Assembly (NCBI GenBank): GCA_038520195.1 | Contig: JBCBLJ010000001.1 | Coordinates: 1 to 57,460, forward strand | Origin: Planctomycetota bacterium | GTDB taxonomy: Bacteria > Planctomycetota > Planctomycetia > Pirellulales > Pirellulaceae | DNA: 57,460 bases | Direction of reading: 5' to 3' | Part shown: piece by piece, positions 28,833 to 38,900 of the stretch | Layout: the number at the start of each line of letters is the position of its first letter | Position numbering within the stretch: position 1 is the stretch's first letter | Position numbers and translations under genes: made by a program | The notes under the pieces: generated by a model | The model's input: the letters and a program-made list of their open reading frames with translations, nothing else | Database searches by the model: none | What the model was told of the DNA's origin: nothing

Positions 28833-31800
28833 ATGACTCGGCGCTTTGATACCCGGCGGCATTCTTCTTCGAAAAGCTCTCACCGATCCCAGCGGCAGTC
28901 TCTCCGCCGCAGACTTCTTTCACAGAGTCTAGAAGCTCGTCAAATGTTGGCGGGTGACGTTTGCTTTGCAGACGACTTCATGTCCGACGCAGGTACCGAC
29001 GAATCTTCCGGCCAATTCGATGTCGGCGTATCGTCCTCATCCGATTTCGATGCTCTGAACTCGCCCGCGCTCCCCACGATCACTGTTCCCGAGCAGTCCA
29101 TACCGGAACAGCTTGGTTGGTCGGAAAGTCTTGGAAAGCCGATCGCATATCAAAGCGGCGATCAGTCAATTGAGCTCAACATCCGACCCGACTACATCGC
29201 AGTCGATGCAGGCGATCAGTTCCCGCAATGGGACGACACGGGGCTTCAGCGCGAGCAGCTTTACGGTGGTTCCATCGCGGTTTACCGAGTTCCATCGGAT
29301 GCGCCCGTGGGTCCCTCGTTTGCGCCGATCTTCAACGATCTGATCAGCAATACGAATTACGACCTTCTGCCGGTCTTTACGACGCCCAAGTCGGAAACCG
29401 ATTTTGGAAATGGTGTCTCGGTCGCAACGGATGAAGTCATCGTTCGCGTGAGCCCGGATTTTGAAAAGTACAGCGAAGGGGCAACGGTCGAGGATTACCT
29501 CGCCGATCATGAAGCCGTACAGTCATTTCGTAGCTTGCCTGGCACGAGTGACCAATACGTCGTGACTTTGGATGTCGCCGACCCAATCGAAACCATCTCC
29601 ACGGCGAACGAATGGGACAACAGTGAACTTTGGACTTGGTCGACACCGAACTGGTTCCATCGAATCGAAAAGTTTTATACGCCCAATGACCCGCTCTTCG
29701 GCAATCAGTGGGGTTTTGACAACACCGGTCAGCTAAGCAGCCTGACGGATCACGATGTAAACCTTCCCGAAGCATGGGACGTGAACCAGGGTGGATCGGC
29801 CGACATCGTTGTCGGCGTCGTCGACGACGGTGTTGCGAACGACCACGAAGACCTCACGGTGTGGGTGAACCCAGGTGAGATCCCAGGTAACGGACTCGAT
29901 GATGACGGCAATGGTTGGATCGACGACGTCAACGGCTGGAACTTCGTCAGCGACAACAACAATTCGAGTTACACAGCTGACGGTGATAACCACGGAACCT
30001 CGGTCGCTGGTATCGCTGCGGCCGACGGCGACAATGGGGTCGGTGTCGCGGGTGCATCCTACAACTCGCCGGTGATTTCGGCTCGCATCTTTGAAGGTGC
30101 TTCGGTCGCGAGCGATGCGAATATCGCAGCGGCGCTCTATTACATGGCCGGTCGCACCGCCGACGGAACCGGAACCTGGAACAGTGCCCATGTCGTGAAC
30201 AACTCCTGGGGCGGTGGCCCACCGAGCGTCGCGATCGAGGATGCCTTGATCTATGGAACAACGATCGGCGGCGATGATGGCGGTGGAATTCCGTATTTCT
30301 TCGCATCGGGTAACGGTGGCGGAAACTTCCTTTCCCAGCCGGCCGTTCTTGCGGACACCATTGACGGCATCATTCCCGTTGGCGGCACGGGCAATCTGGG
30401 TCAAGTGTCTTCCTTCAGCCAAGGCGGACCTGACCTCAGTTTCGTAACGCCGACCAACCAAAACTTCAACGCCGGTACCGTGACCATCGAGACGACCGAC
30501 TTGGTAGGTGCCATTGGTTACGCCCCCGGCAACTACACCGGTACGGGCGCGACGGGGTTCGGCGGAACGTCCGCAGCATCTCCGCTGGCGACCGGCATCG
30601 GTGCTCTCGCCTTGGCCGAGCTCGCCGAGCAAGGCATCGATCTGACCCCGGGCGAACTGCGTTCGTTGATGGAGAACAACACGCGCTTCATCGACGGACT
30701 GGTTCATGACGCCAACGGGCACAATCAGCGTTCTGGATTCGGCATGCTCGACGCGCAGTCGTTGCTGGAGAACATCGGCACCGCTGAAATCTCGGTGACT
30801 TCTTCTACCGAAGACTTGGTGAGTGGTTCGGGAGAAGTCTTTGTCGGCACGACGGACGTTGGCACGACGCTCTCGACATCCGTTCGTGTCCGTAACCAAG
30901 GAACGTCGGACCTCGATCTGACCTCGATTTCGATTCCTGCCGGAGACTTCACCATCACCGGTGGCGGAGCAGCCACAACACTTGGTGTCGGCGAGTCGGT
31001 CACGATCGAAATCGACTTCACACCCAGCTTGGGCGGTGAGATTACCGACACACTGACCATCCTTTCGACCGATGTCGATGAAGGAACTTTTGAAGTGACG
31101 CTGCGCGGAATCGGTACCATCGTGGTCGCCGAGGGAACCGTGTTCGAAGATCGAGAAGCCGATGGCATCCTCGGACCGGGGAACGACGTCCTGCCGAACC
31201 AGGTCGTCTTCCTCGACTTGAATGACAACGGCATCCTCGATCAAGGGACCTCGTTCGATACGAATGTGGCGGTTGATATCGTTGATAACACCACGGTTGT
31301 CTCTCCGATCGTTGTCTCCGGAATCAGCGCTTACGACCGCATCGAAGTCACGCTCGACATCAGCCACACCTGGGATGCTGACCTGACACTGGAGTTGGTT
31401 GCTCCTGACGGATCGGCGATCACCCTTGCCGACTCGCTCGGAGGTAACGGTGACGACTATGCCGGAACCGTCTTTGACGATGCTGCCCCGCAAGCCATCA
31501 CCGACGGCGCGCCGCCATTCACCGGTACGTTCCGCCCCCAAGAACCGCTCGCCAACTTGCTGGGGTTGGATGCCAATGGCGAATGGAACTTGCGAGTGAC
31601 CGATAGCGCCACCGGGGATCCCGGCACGATTAACTCGTGGGAACTCTTGATCGGTCAAGCGGAGCCCAGCGCCGTGACCGATGCGACCGGTTTGTACCAA
31701 TTCCGCAACGTTGCCAACGGAAGCTACAAGTTGGCCGTCGCGCCGACCGGCAACTTCGCTCCCGTCGCGCCGATAGGCTCGGTCGACATCGCGATTGACG

Positions 31801-34784
31801 ACACCGGTCCGGCGGTCGTGACCGACTTTGGAGTCGCGGAGATTAACACGGCATACATCCGAACCTGGGAAGACGTTAACGGTGACGGGATCATCGATAA
31901 CGACGAAGGTGTCCTGCTCGATCCATCGCTGTTTATCGACGGGAATGGAAACGGGGTGTTCGATCCGACTCAATCATTCCTCGAAGACACCGACGTCAAT
32001 ATCGCTGACAACGCGACCGCGACTTCGACACAGACCATTTCCGGCTACAGTGGCACCCCCGCCGACATCGATGTCATTATCAACGGGACGCACACCTTCA
32101 CCGGGGATGTCACCTTTGAACTACAAGGACCCGGCGGACAAACGTCGACCCTGTTCGCCCGCCGCGGTGGCGGTGGCGATGACTTTGTGATGATGCGATT
32201 GGATGACGAAGCGGCGACGGCGATTGGCTCCGCCGCGGCACCGTTCACAGGATCGTTCATTCCCGAAACGCCCTTGTCCGTTTTTGACGGTATCGACCCC
32301 AATGGGGATTGGACCCTCAGCGTCAGCGACGGCGCCGGTGGTGACACGGGTGTGCTGGACAATTGGGAATTGATTCTTAATGCCGACGCGGTCATCCCGG
32401 TGGGTGCGGATGGTTGGGCGGAAGCACCGCTTCAAGTCGGCGACACCGATGTCGCATTGGCCGCCGATGTCGCCTTTGAATTCACCGTCCCCGTCGATGG
32501 CGTTCGCACGCTGACGGCGGCGGGTGCTCCGATCACCGGTGTGACATACGGTGCACGACGTCGTTTGCCCAGCATCGGCGGTTCGGTCTTCGTTGACCGA
32601 GACGGAAGCGGTGATATCCAAGAACCGGGTGAAACAAAAATCCCAGGCGTCACGGTGTTCTTGGATGACAACGACAACGGCGTTCTCGACCTCGAGACGA
32701 GCGTCACCAATGATACCGATGTCGCGGTCACCAACTTCTTCCCCGGTTCCACAACCATCGACATCGCAGGTGCCGCCATTGTCGCCGGGGATCTGACCGT
32801 TGAATTGAACGTTGCATCGCCGAACGTTGGCACGCTTACGTTCACGTTGACAGCACCCGATGGAACGTCCATCACGCTGGTGGATCCCGCAGATGTATCG
32901 GGGTCCAACTTCACGGGAACCGTACTCGATGACTCTGCGGCGTCGCCGCTCTCGGGCGGCTCGGCACCGTACACGGGTTCGTTCCAGCCTTCCAATGCCC
33001 TTTCGGCATTCGACGGTGTCGACCCGAATGGTACTTGGACGCTGGGCATCACCACCGCAGATTTTGAACAAAGCACGATCGATAGCTGGTCCATTATTTT
33101 GGGAAGCGATGAAACCAGCGTTGTGACCGACGCCCTGGGCGATTACGGCTTCTTTGATTTGCCCGACGGGGTCTACGACGTGAACGTCGTTCCGCCACCT
33201 GAGTGGTCTTCCACTGCGGTTTCGAGCTATAGCGTGGATGTCGACTCAACGGGTGCCGATCTGGGGATCGATTTCGGTGTCGCACAGAACGACCACGCCT
33301 ACATTCATGTGTTCGAGGACACCAACGGCGATGGCATCCTGGACGCCAATGAGTTGCCCGTTGCGGACACGCTCATGTTCATCGATGCCGACCAGGACGG
33401 TGTCTTCACGCCGCCGGTGACGGACTCCTTCTTTGACGACACCGATGTCGCTTTCGCGGACCTCACGCTGGTGACATCGACGGTCGACGTCCCGGCAACC
33501 AATTTGCTCGTGTCCGGCGTGACCGTCGAAATCGATGCGACGCACACCTGGGTATCCGACCTCGACATCTCCTTGGTTGCCCCAGACGGCACACGGGTGA
33601 TCTTGATGGAGGATCGCGGCGGAAACGGCGACGATGTCACGGGATTGGTATTCGATGATGCGGCGGCAGAGGACATCGCTGGGGCAGCCGCACCGTTCAC
33701 CGGAAGCTTCCGTCCGGAAGAACCATTGTCCCTCTTTAATGGCACCAATCCGACGGGAACTTGGACGCTGGAATTGTTCGACGACGCCAACGGAGACTCG
33801 GGAACGCTGCTTTCTTGGGGTCTCAATCTGGTGACCCAGGATCCGACGTTCGAGACAGGTGTCGATGGCTGGGTGACCATGCCGATGGCGTCCGGAGACT
33901 CCACGTTCGGTGTCATCCCGATCCCGGGCTTTGAGTTCACCTCTCCGGCGACCGGACTGACTACGATCACGGCCGATGGAACGCCGCACACCGATGTCGG
34001 CTTTGGCATCCGGCCGATTGCGATGGCGGTGGTCGAACGACGAGCGATTTTCCACGCCAATGCTCCCGGCTCGCAGATCGACGACAGCGGCAACGCTGAG
34101 TCGGCCATCGACACGTCGAAGGTCGCGCTGCTGCCGGGTGAGTCGTCTTCGTTCGCGAACTACAGCAATTATGCGTCCGGCCTCAACGGTATCATCGTCG
34201 ACATCGCCGATTTGCCGGCGACAACCATGGCCGCTGACCTCGAAAACATGGTTCAGTTCGCGACCTGGGACGGTATCGACGCGGCCGGTTTCGTGGATGC
34301 GGGAATCACACCGACGATCGAACTGTTTCCCGGTGAAGGAGCCAATAACTCGACTCGCGTGAAGATCACGATCGCCAACGGGGATGTCACCAACACTTGG
34401 TTGCGTACCACGATCTTGGCCGGGCCCGAGACCGCGTTGGAGAACGACGACGTCTTCTACTTCGGAAACGTCGTGGGCGACACCGGAGCTGGAAACACTC
34501 CCTCGAGGATTCGCGTCAACGCCATCGATACCGCACTGGTTCGCTCGAATCAGTCGATCGCCCCCAACTCCGCTGGCGTCGAGAACCCGTATGACATCAA
34601 CCGTGATGGTCGAGTCAACGCCATTGATACCGCGCTAGTGAGGTCCAACCAGGACGTCGCTGGCTCCGTGGCACCGATCACGGCACCCGGCGGAACCGGT
34701 GGACGCCCGAGCACTGCTTCTTCGAGCAAAGGATTCGAGGAAAATGGACTCGATGATTTCTTCACGGACCTTGGGGAATTGTAG
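28833..34784 (+). CDS. Large secreted S8 (subtilisin-like) peptidase with an Ig domain, four proprotein-convertase P-domains nested in SdrD-B-like domains, and a C-terminal dockerin-like repeat
   Basis: Leader RRRLLSQSLEARQMLA; triad VVDDG, HGTSVAG, GGTSAASP; four 'HT...DL...L.APDG...GSF.P..PL..F.G..PNG.W.L' units; tail DINRDGRVNAID. Start uncertain (28821 or 28833). Confidence 0.88.
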   Translation: MTRRFDTRRHSSSKSSHRSQRQSLRRRLLSQSLEARQMLAGDVCFADDFMSDAGTDESSGQFDVGVSSSSDFDALNSPALPTITVPEQSIPEQLGWSESLGKPIAYQSGDQSIELNIRPDYIAVDAGDQFPQWDDTGLQREQLYGGSIAVYRVPSDAPVGPSFAPIFNDLISNTNYDLLPVFTTPKSETDFGNGVSVATDEVIVRVSPDFEKYSEGATVEDYLADHEAVQSFRSLPGTSDQYVVTLDVADPIETISTANEWDNSELWTWSTPNWFHRIEKFYTPNDPLFGNQWGFDNTGQLSSLTDHDVNLPEAWDVNQGGSADIVVGVVDDGVANDHEDLTVWVNPGEIPGNGLDDDGNGWIDDVNGWNFVSDNNNSSYTADGDNHGTSVAGIAAADGDNGVGVAGASYNSPVISARIFEGASVASDANIAAALYYMAGRTADGTGTWNSAHVVNNSWGGGPPSVAIEDALIYGTTIGGDDGGGIPYFFASGNGGGNFLSQPAVLADTIDGIIPVGGTGNLGQVSSFSQGGPDLSFVTPTNQNFNAGTVTIETTDLVGAIGYAPGNYTGTGATGFGGTSAASPLATGIGALALAELAEQGIDLTPGELRSLMENNTRFIDGLVHDANGHNQRSGFGMLDAQSLLENIGTAEISVTSSTEDLVSGSGEVFVGTTDVGTTLSTSVRVRNQGTSDLDLTSISIPAGDFTITGGGAATTLGVGESVTIEIDFTPSLGGEITDTLTILSTDVDEGTFEVTLRGIGTIVVAEGTVFEDREADGILGPGNDVLPNQVVFLDLNDNGILDQGTSFDTNVAVDIVDNTTVVSPIVVSGISAYDRIEVTLDISHTWDADLTLELVAPDGSAITLADSLGGNGDDYAGTVFDDAAPQAITDGAPPFTGTFRPQEPLANLLGLDANGEWNLRVTDSATGDPGTINSWELLIGQAEPSAVTDATGLYQFRNVANGSYKLAVAPTGNFAPVAPIGSVDIAIDDTGPAVVTDFGVAEINTAYIRTWEDVNGDGIIDNDEGVLLDPSLFIDGNGNGVFDPTQSFLEDTDVNIADNATATSTQTISGYSGTPADIDVIINGTHTFTGDVTFELQGPGGQTSTLFARRGGGGDDFVMMRLDDEAATAIGSAAAPFTGSFIPETPLSVFDGIDPNGDWTLSVSDGAGGDTGVLDNWELILNADAVIPVGADGWAEAPLQVGDTDVALAADVAFEFTVPVDGVRTLTAAGAPITGVTYGARRRLPSIGGSVFVDRDGSGDIQEPGETKIPGVTVFLDDNDNGVLDLETSVTNDTDVAVTNFFPGSTTIDIAGAAIVAGDLTVELNVASPNVGTLTFTLTAPDGTSITLVDPADVSGSNFTGTVLDDSAASPLSGGSAPYTGSFQPSNALSAFDGVDPNGTWTLGITTADFEQSTIDSWSIILGSDETSVVTDALGDYGFFDLPDGVYDVNVVPPPEWSSTAVSSYSVDVDSTGADLGIDFGVAQNDHAYIHVFEDTNGDGILDANELPVADTLMFIDADQDGVFTPPVTDSFFDDTDVAFADLTLVTSTVDVPATNLLVSGVTVEIDATHTWVSDLDISLVAPDGTRVILMEDRGGNGDDVTGLVFDDAAAEDIAGAAAPFTGSFRPEEPLSLFNGTNPTGTWTLELFDDANGDSGTLLSWGLNLVTQDPTFETGVDGWVTMPMASGDSTFGVIPIPGFEFTSPATGLTTITADGTPHTDVGFGIRPIAMAVVERRAIFHANAPGSQIDDSGNAESAIDTSKVALLPGESSSFANYSNYASGLNGIIVDIADLPATTMAADLENMVQFATWDGIDAAGFVDAGITPTIELFPGEGANNSTRVKITIANGDVTNTWLRTTILAGPETALENDDVFYFGNVVGDTGAGNTPSRIRVNAIDTALVRSNQSIAPNSAGVENPYDINRDGRVNAIDTALVRSNQDVAGSVAPITAPGGTGGRPSTASSSKGFEENGLDDFFTDLGEL

Positions 34785-34807
34785 CCAACGCCCCTAGATC
34801 CCAATTG

Positions 34808-34849
34808 CCAGCCGAACTAGCTTCAGCACACCGGAGTTTGTTTGGCTGG
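34808..34849 (+). other. Intergenic stem-loop without a U-tract between the peptidase and PEP-CTERM genes
   Basis: ccagccgaac (34808-34817) pairs with gtttggctgg (34840-34849) with one G-U pair; inner agcttc/ggagtt can also pair. Confidence 0.4.
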
Positions 34850-34891
34850 GCGGAACCAGACCTCAACATTCACTCAACGAAGTAACACAAC

Positions 34892-35461
34892 ATGTTCCGA
34901 CTCCTTCTACCCGTTGCCCTGCTGGTCGCGATGATCTCGACCAGCGTCCGTGCCGATATCATCATTGAGATTCAGGACTCCACGGTTGATGTGGGAACGG
35001 TCGGTGCGATCCTCGATGTGGTGATCTCCAGTGACGCGGCTGACCAGCCGATCGCCATCACCGGTGACTTCCAGATTCTCAACAACGCGACCTTTCTCGA
35101 TCCACCGGGAACGTTCGATGAGGCAGGTTTCTATGGCAATGGAAACTTCAATGCCGCATCCTCCTTCCTGGTCGACACCAATGATCCCAGCTTTGCGTTT
35201 ATGAGCTTGGACATTGAAACGGCGACTCCCGTCCCGGGTTCAGAAGTGATCCTCGCTCAGTTGTTTGTGGATTCTGAGAATCTCGCGCCCGGTACCTACG
35301 ACGTGGAACTTTCCAACCTGTTCGTTTTTGGCTCTCAAGGACAAATCGCAGCCAACGGAGTGAACGGGACGTTGACGGTGACGGCTATTCCCGAACCGAC
35401 TGGCGTCCTTATGCTCGGTGCGATCACGTCTTTGGCCGTCGTTCGCCGCCGTCGTCGTTAG
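34892..35461 (+). CDS. PEP-CTERM sorting-domain protein with a cohesin-like beta-sandwich
   Basis: Signal peptide ending VRA; C-terminal IPEPTGVLMLGAITSLAVVRRRRR. The ~140-aa domain has the cohesin-like pattern 'IEIQDSTV..G....LDVVI ... VILAQLFVD....PGTYDVELSN ... NGTLTV'. PEP-CTERM is secure; the cohesin fold is inferred. Confidence 0.85.
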   Translation: MFRLLLPVALLVAMISTSVRADIIIEIQDSTVDVGTVGAILDVVISSDAADQPIAITGDFQILNNATFLDPPGTFDEAGFYGNGNFNAASSFLVDTNDPSFAFMSLDIETATPVPGSEVILAQLFVDSENLAPGTYDVELSNLFVFGSQGQIAANGVNGTLTVTAIPEPTGVLMLGAITSLAVVRRRRR

Positions 35462-35486
35462 GCACGACACCCCATCCAGCAAAACG

Positions 35487-35519
35487 AAAACGCCGACCAT
35501 TGGTCGGCGTTTTTCTTTT
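35487..35519 (+). terminator. Rho-independent terminator (likely bidirectional)
   Basis: aaaacgccgacc-att-ggtcggcgtttt followed by tcttttg, about 25 nt after the PEP-CTERM stop; A-tract on the 5' side. Confidence 0.85.
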
Positions 35520-35926
35520 GAACACCGGACATAGGTCAGCATTGAACGACTTGTGACACGACGATCGGTAAAGCAGTAGCCTTCGCGCGTTCGCCAATGC
35601 CCTGTGATGGAGTGGATTGAAGTCCCCTCTGACTTGCACTTGGCGCGCAGATCGTTACGCTGGACAAGTCGCAGGGAGGGTAGACGCTTGAAGGGGCGAT
35701 CGGGCACGCGACAGCATCTTGTCTTCGCATCTCGTCTTGAATGACATCTCCGATCTGGCATCCAGTTCGATGGACGCCGTGCCGCTCTCGCCTCGCGCTT
35801 CGCGACGTCGATCTCATCGGTGGCCGGGAACGGCGGCGGATCACCTGTTGATTGATGGCACGTGTTGCGTGTTAGCAGTGACTCGTGAAGTGCCGCACTT
35901 CATGTGCCGCCTCACTCACGGGCATC

Positions 35927-38900
35927 ATGATGGCACGGAAACAACGTCGGCTGAGTGACCAGCCGAGCTTTGCGCAGCGACAGCGCGAGCGCCGCCGAGC
36001 GAAGGTGGCGCGTTTGAGTCGCAGACGTCTTAGCGACGGATTGAGGCGTTCACCCTTTGAAAGACTGGAAGATCGTCATCTTCTTGCAACGATTCAGTGG
36101 GATGGCGGCGGGGATGGGACTCGTTGGCACGATCCGTTGAATTGGGTCGACGATACGATTCCAGGCCCCAGTGATGACGCCGTCATCGACGATCCCGCTG
36201 AACTCGACGTGACGATCGATTTGCCGACAGAAGTCGCTTCGATCGACTCGAGCGAACACCTGCACCTGGTCGGCGTCGAGCTCAAGACGTCGTCATTGAT
36301 CGTCGACGAGTTGTCGATCGACAATGGGACGCTCGCGCCGAACGCGACCGGGAGTCTCTCCACGAACGTCGCCGACCGCCTGACGATCGAAACGGCTGCA
36401 AGCCAGTTTATGATCCTCGGACAATTGCAAGTCAGCGGCGACCTCGTTCTCGGAGGAGGGTTCACGCTCGTCGCTGATGGGAGTGAGAGTTCACTGACGC
36501 TCGATGGCCAAGCCAATCTAGAGCGAACGTCACTCAGCGCGATCAATGGCGGAACACTCTCGATACCGGCAGTTGAATCGATTCGCTTTGATTCGTCTTC
36601 CATCAACCAATCACTTCGTCTCGAGGCGCGCGGCGCGGGCAGCCGCATCGAACTTCCGGGTTTGATAAGTCTCAACGGTGGCACGCACTTCAATGCGGAT
36701 GTAGACGTCATCGCGGATGCCGGTGGTGCCATCGACCTTTCGAGTGTTGTCGCGATCATCGATCCGGTTGCCGGAGACACCCGAAGACGCGACATCGCAA
36801 TCAGGGCGACGGGGTCGGACAGCTCGATCGATTTGTCTTCGCTAACGTCGATCATCGACCGCGGTGCGGATGAACGCACCGAATTCACGGCGCTCGCGGG
36901 AGGCACGGTCATCGCGCCCTTGCTGACGAATGCACAGGGAACGAGTTTCGTCGACGATGCTTCAGGGAACCTCTCCCTGGAACAGCTTGTCTCGCTAGTC
37001 GACTCAAGGATTCACGTCAGCGACCGTAACGTGACTCTGGGCGCATTGACGAGTGCCAGTGAATCCGTGTTCGCGGTTTCAGGCGCGACGCTTTCTTTGC
37101 CCTTGATCGAAAGCCTTCGTGATGGGGGCATCGCTCTTGACGGAGCAAGCTTCGATGCACCCTCGCTTCGCAACATTGACGGCAGCGATCTTTCCGTCGG
37201 TTCGGGCGCTACGATCCACCTGCCAGGTATCACGAGCTATCGTCATCTCGGCGACGCGTCCTCGGTGCGCCGAAGTTGGAATGCATCGGGAGCGGGTTCG
37301 CGAATCGAATTGCCCGATCTGGCATCCATTGTTGGTGGCACCGGCTTTGCGAACGAGCACGCGATCGCGGCGACGGGCGGCGGCATCATTTCATTGCCAG
37401 CCGTCGAACAGATCCTGGACCCTGATCAAGGTGATCTTCGATTCCGTGCTTTCCAAATCACCGCGAGCGAATCGGGAAGCGAGATACATCTGGATTCGTT
37501 GACGGCGATCGTCGATCGCGCGGGTGCTGATGCGGCTTCGGTCATCGACGCAAGCGTCGGCGGTGTGATCGTTGCGCCAGCGCTAACACACCTTCGTGGC
37601 GTCGACTTAACGATTGACACCGCAACCGATGTTCCGGTGGCGAACTTCGTTGATGTCGACGACAGTTCCATTTTGGTGGATGGACAACCGAGCGTCTTCG
37701 CGTCGCTTCGATCGATACGTCGAAGCACGCTGGTGCTCAACGACACGGACGCGGAACTGAATCTCATCACTCGGTTCGAGCACAATCAGTTGATCACCGA
37801 CTTCGATGCCACGGTCCGCCTCCCGTTGGTGACAAGCATCGATGGTTCTGGATTCGAAGCCTATGGCGGGACTCGAATCGCGTTTCCGGACATCGAATCC
37901 TACGACATGGCGAGCTCGGAAAACGGTGAGCAAGTTACTTGGATCGCCGATGGCCTGGGCAGTCGCATCGATCTTTCCGGGTTGCGCTCGATACGAGGCG
38001 GTACGGGCCAACAGAATCGACTCACCGCCGAAGCCTCTTTTGGCGGGAGCCTTGATCTGCGGGACGTCACGCAAATCGTCGACCCGAATGAAGGTAATGC
38101 AAGTGGGCGTGGCTTCGAGTTCGTCGCCGAGGGCGGCGGCTCCGAGATTCGTTTCGACGCGCTGGCCAACATCATTGACCGAAACGACGACAACCGCTCG
38201 ATCCTCACGTCACGTGACGGTGGTTCCATCACGGCGCCATCGCTGGTCACGCTGATCAACACTGACCTCAGCGGTGACTCCATCGGTGAGCAAGGCGAGT
38301 CTTCATCAGACTCTTCGGGGCAGTCTTCGGACAACGACGACGATGGCTCGGCATTCACACCGGCCGCCATACAGACCGTCTCCTGGATCGCGGGCGATGG
38401 TGACTGGGCGGACGGGAGCAATTGGAGTAGCGGCACAGTTCCGGGTCGTTTTGACGCTGTCCAGCTTCCCGATGCCAATGTCACGGTCACGCTCGCAGCG
38501 GGCGACCACGTCATTCATCGCATCAACGGACCGGGGGCTCTCCATTTAACCGGGGGATCGCTGACGGTCTTTGGGTCCTCGACGCTTAGCGGTGACGTCA
38601 ATCTCAGCGGAGGCGCAGCGCTCAAGGCACGTGGTCCACAAGCAGCGGTCCTGGTCAATGGACCGCAGGCGATCGACGGTGGGAACCTCCAAGTCCTCGA
38701 CGGTGCCGAGATCCGTTTTGCGTCCGTGTCGTCCTATTCGCTCGCCGCGACGGCAAACAACCAACAGCGCTCCTGGCTAGCCGAAGGCGCCGGTAGCCGA
38801 ATTGTATTCGACGCGTTGACGACCATCAGGGGCGGAACCTTTTTCGGGAACCGACTCGAGATCGAAGCCCGAGCCGGTGCCCAGATCGAACTTCCCGCGG

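Noticed and set aside
29733-31973. 746-aa minus-strand ORF, and similar long antisense ORFs (3193-3912, 5568-6929, 32121-33071, 51638-52588)
   Set aside because: They lie antisense to motif-rich genes and have no recognisable motifs. Long stop-free antisense frames are expected from GC-rich codon bias.
35856-35868. Sigma54-like TGGCACGTGTTGC upstream of the giant ORF
   Set aside because: The GG-to-GC spacing is 8 nt rather than the required 10.
35521-35926. Riboswitch or ncRNA in the 400-nt gap before the giant ORF
   Set aside because: Only modest hairpins (~35626-35676, 35886-35902) and no family consensus I recognise. An Rfam/Infernal scan would settle it.
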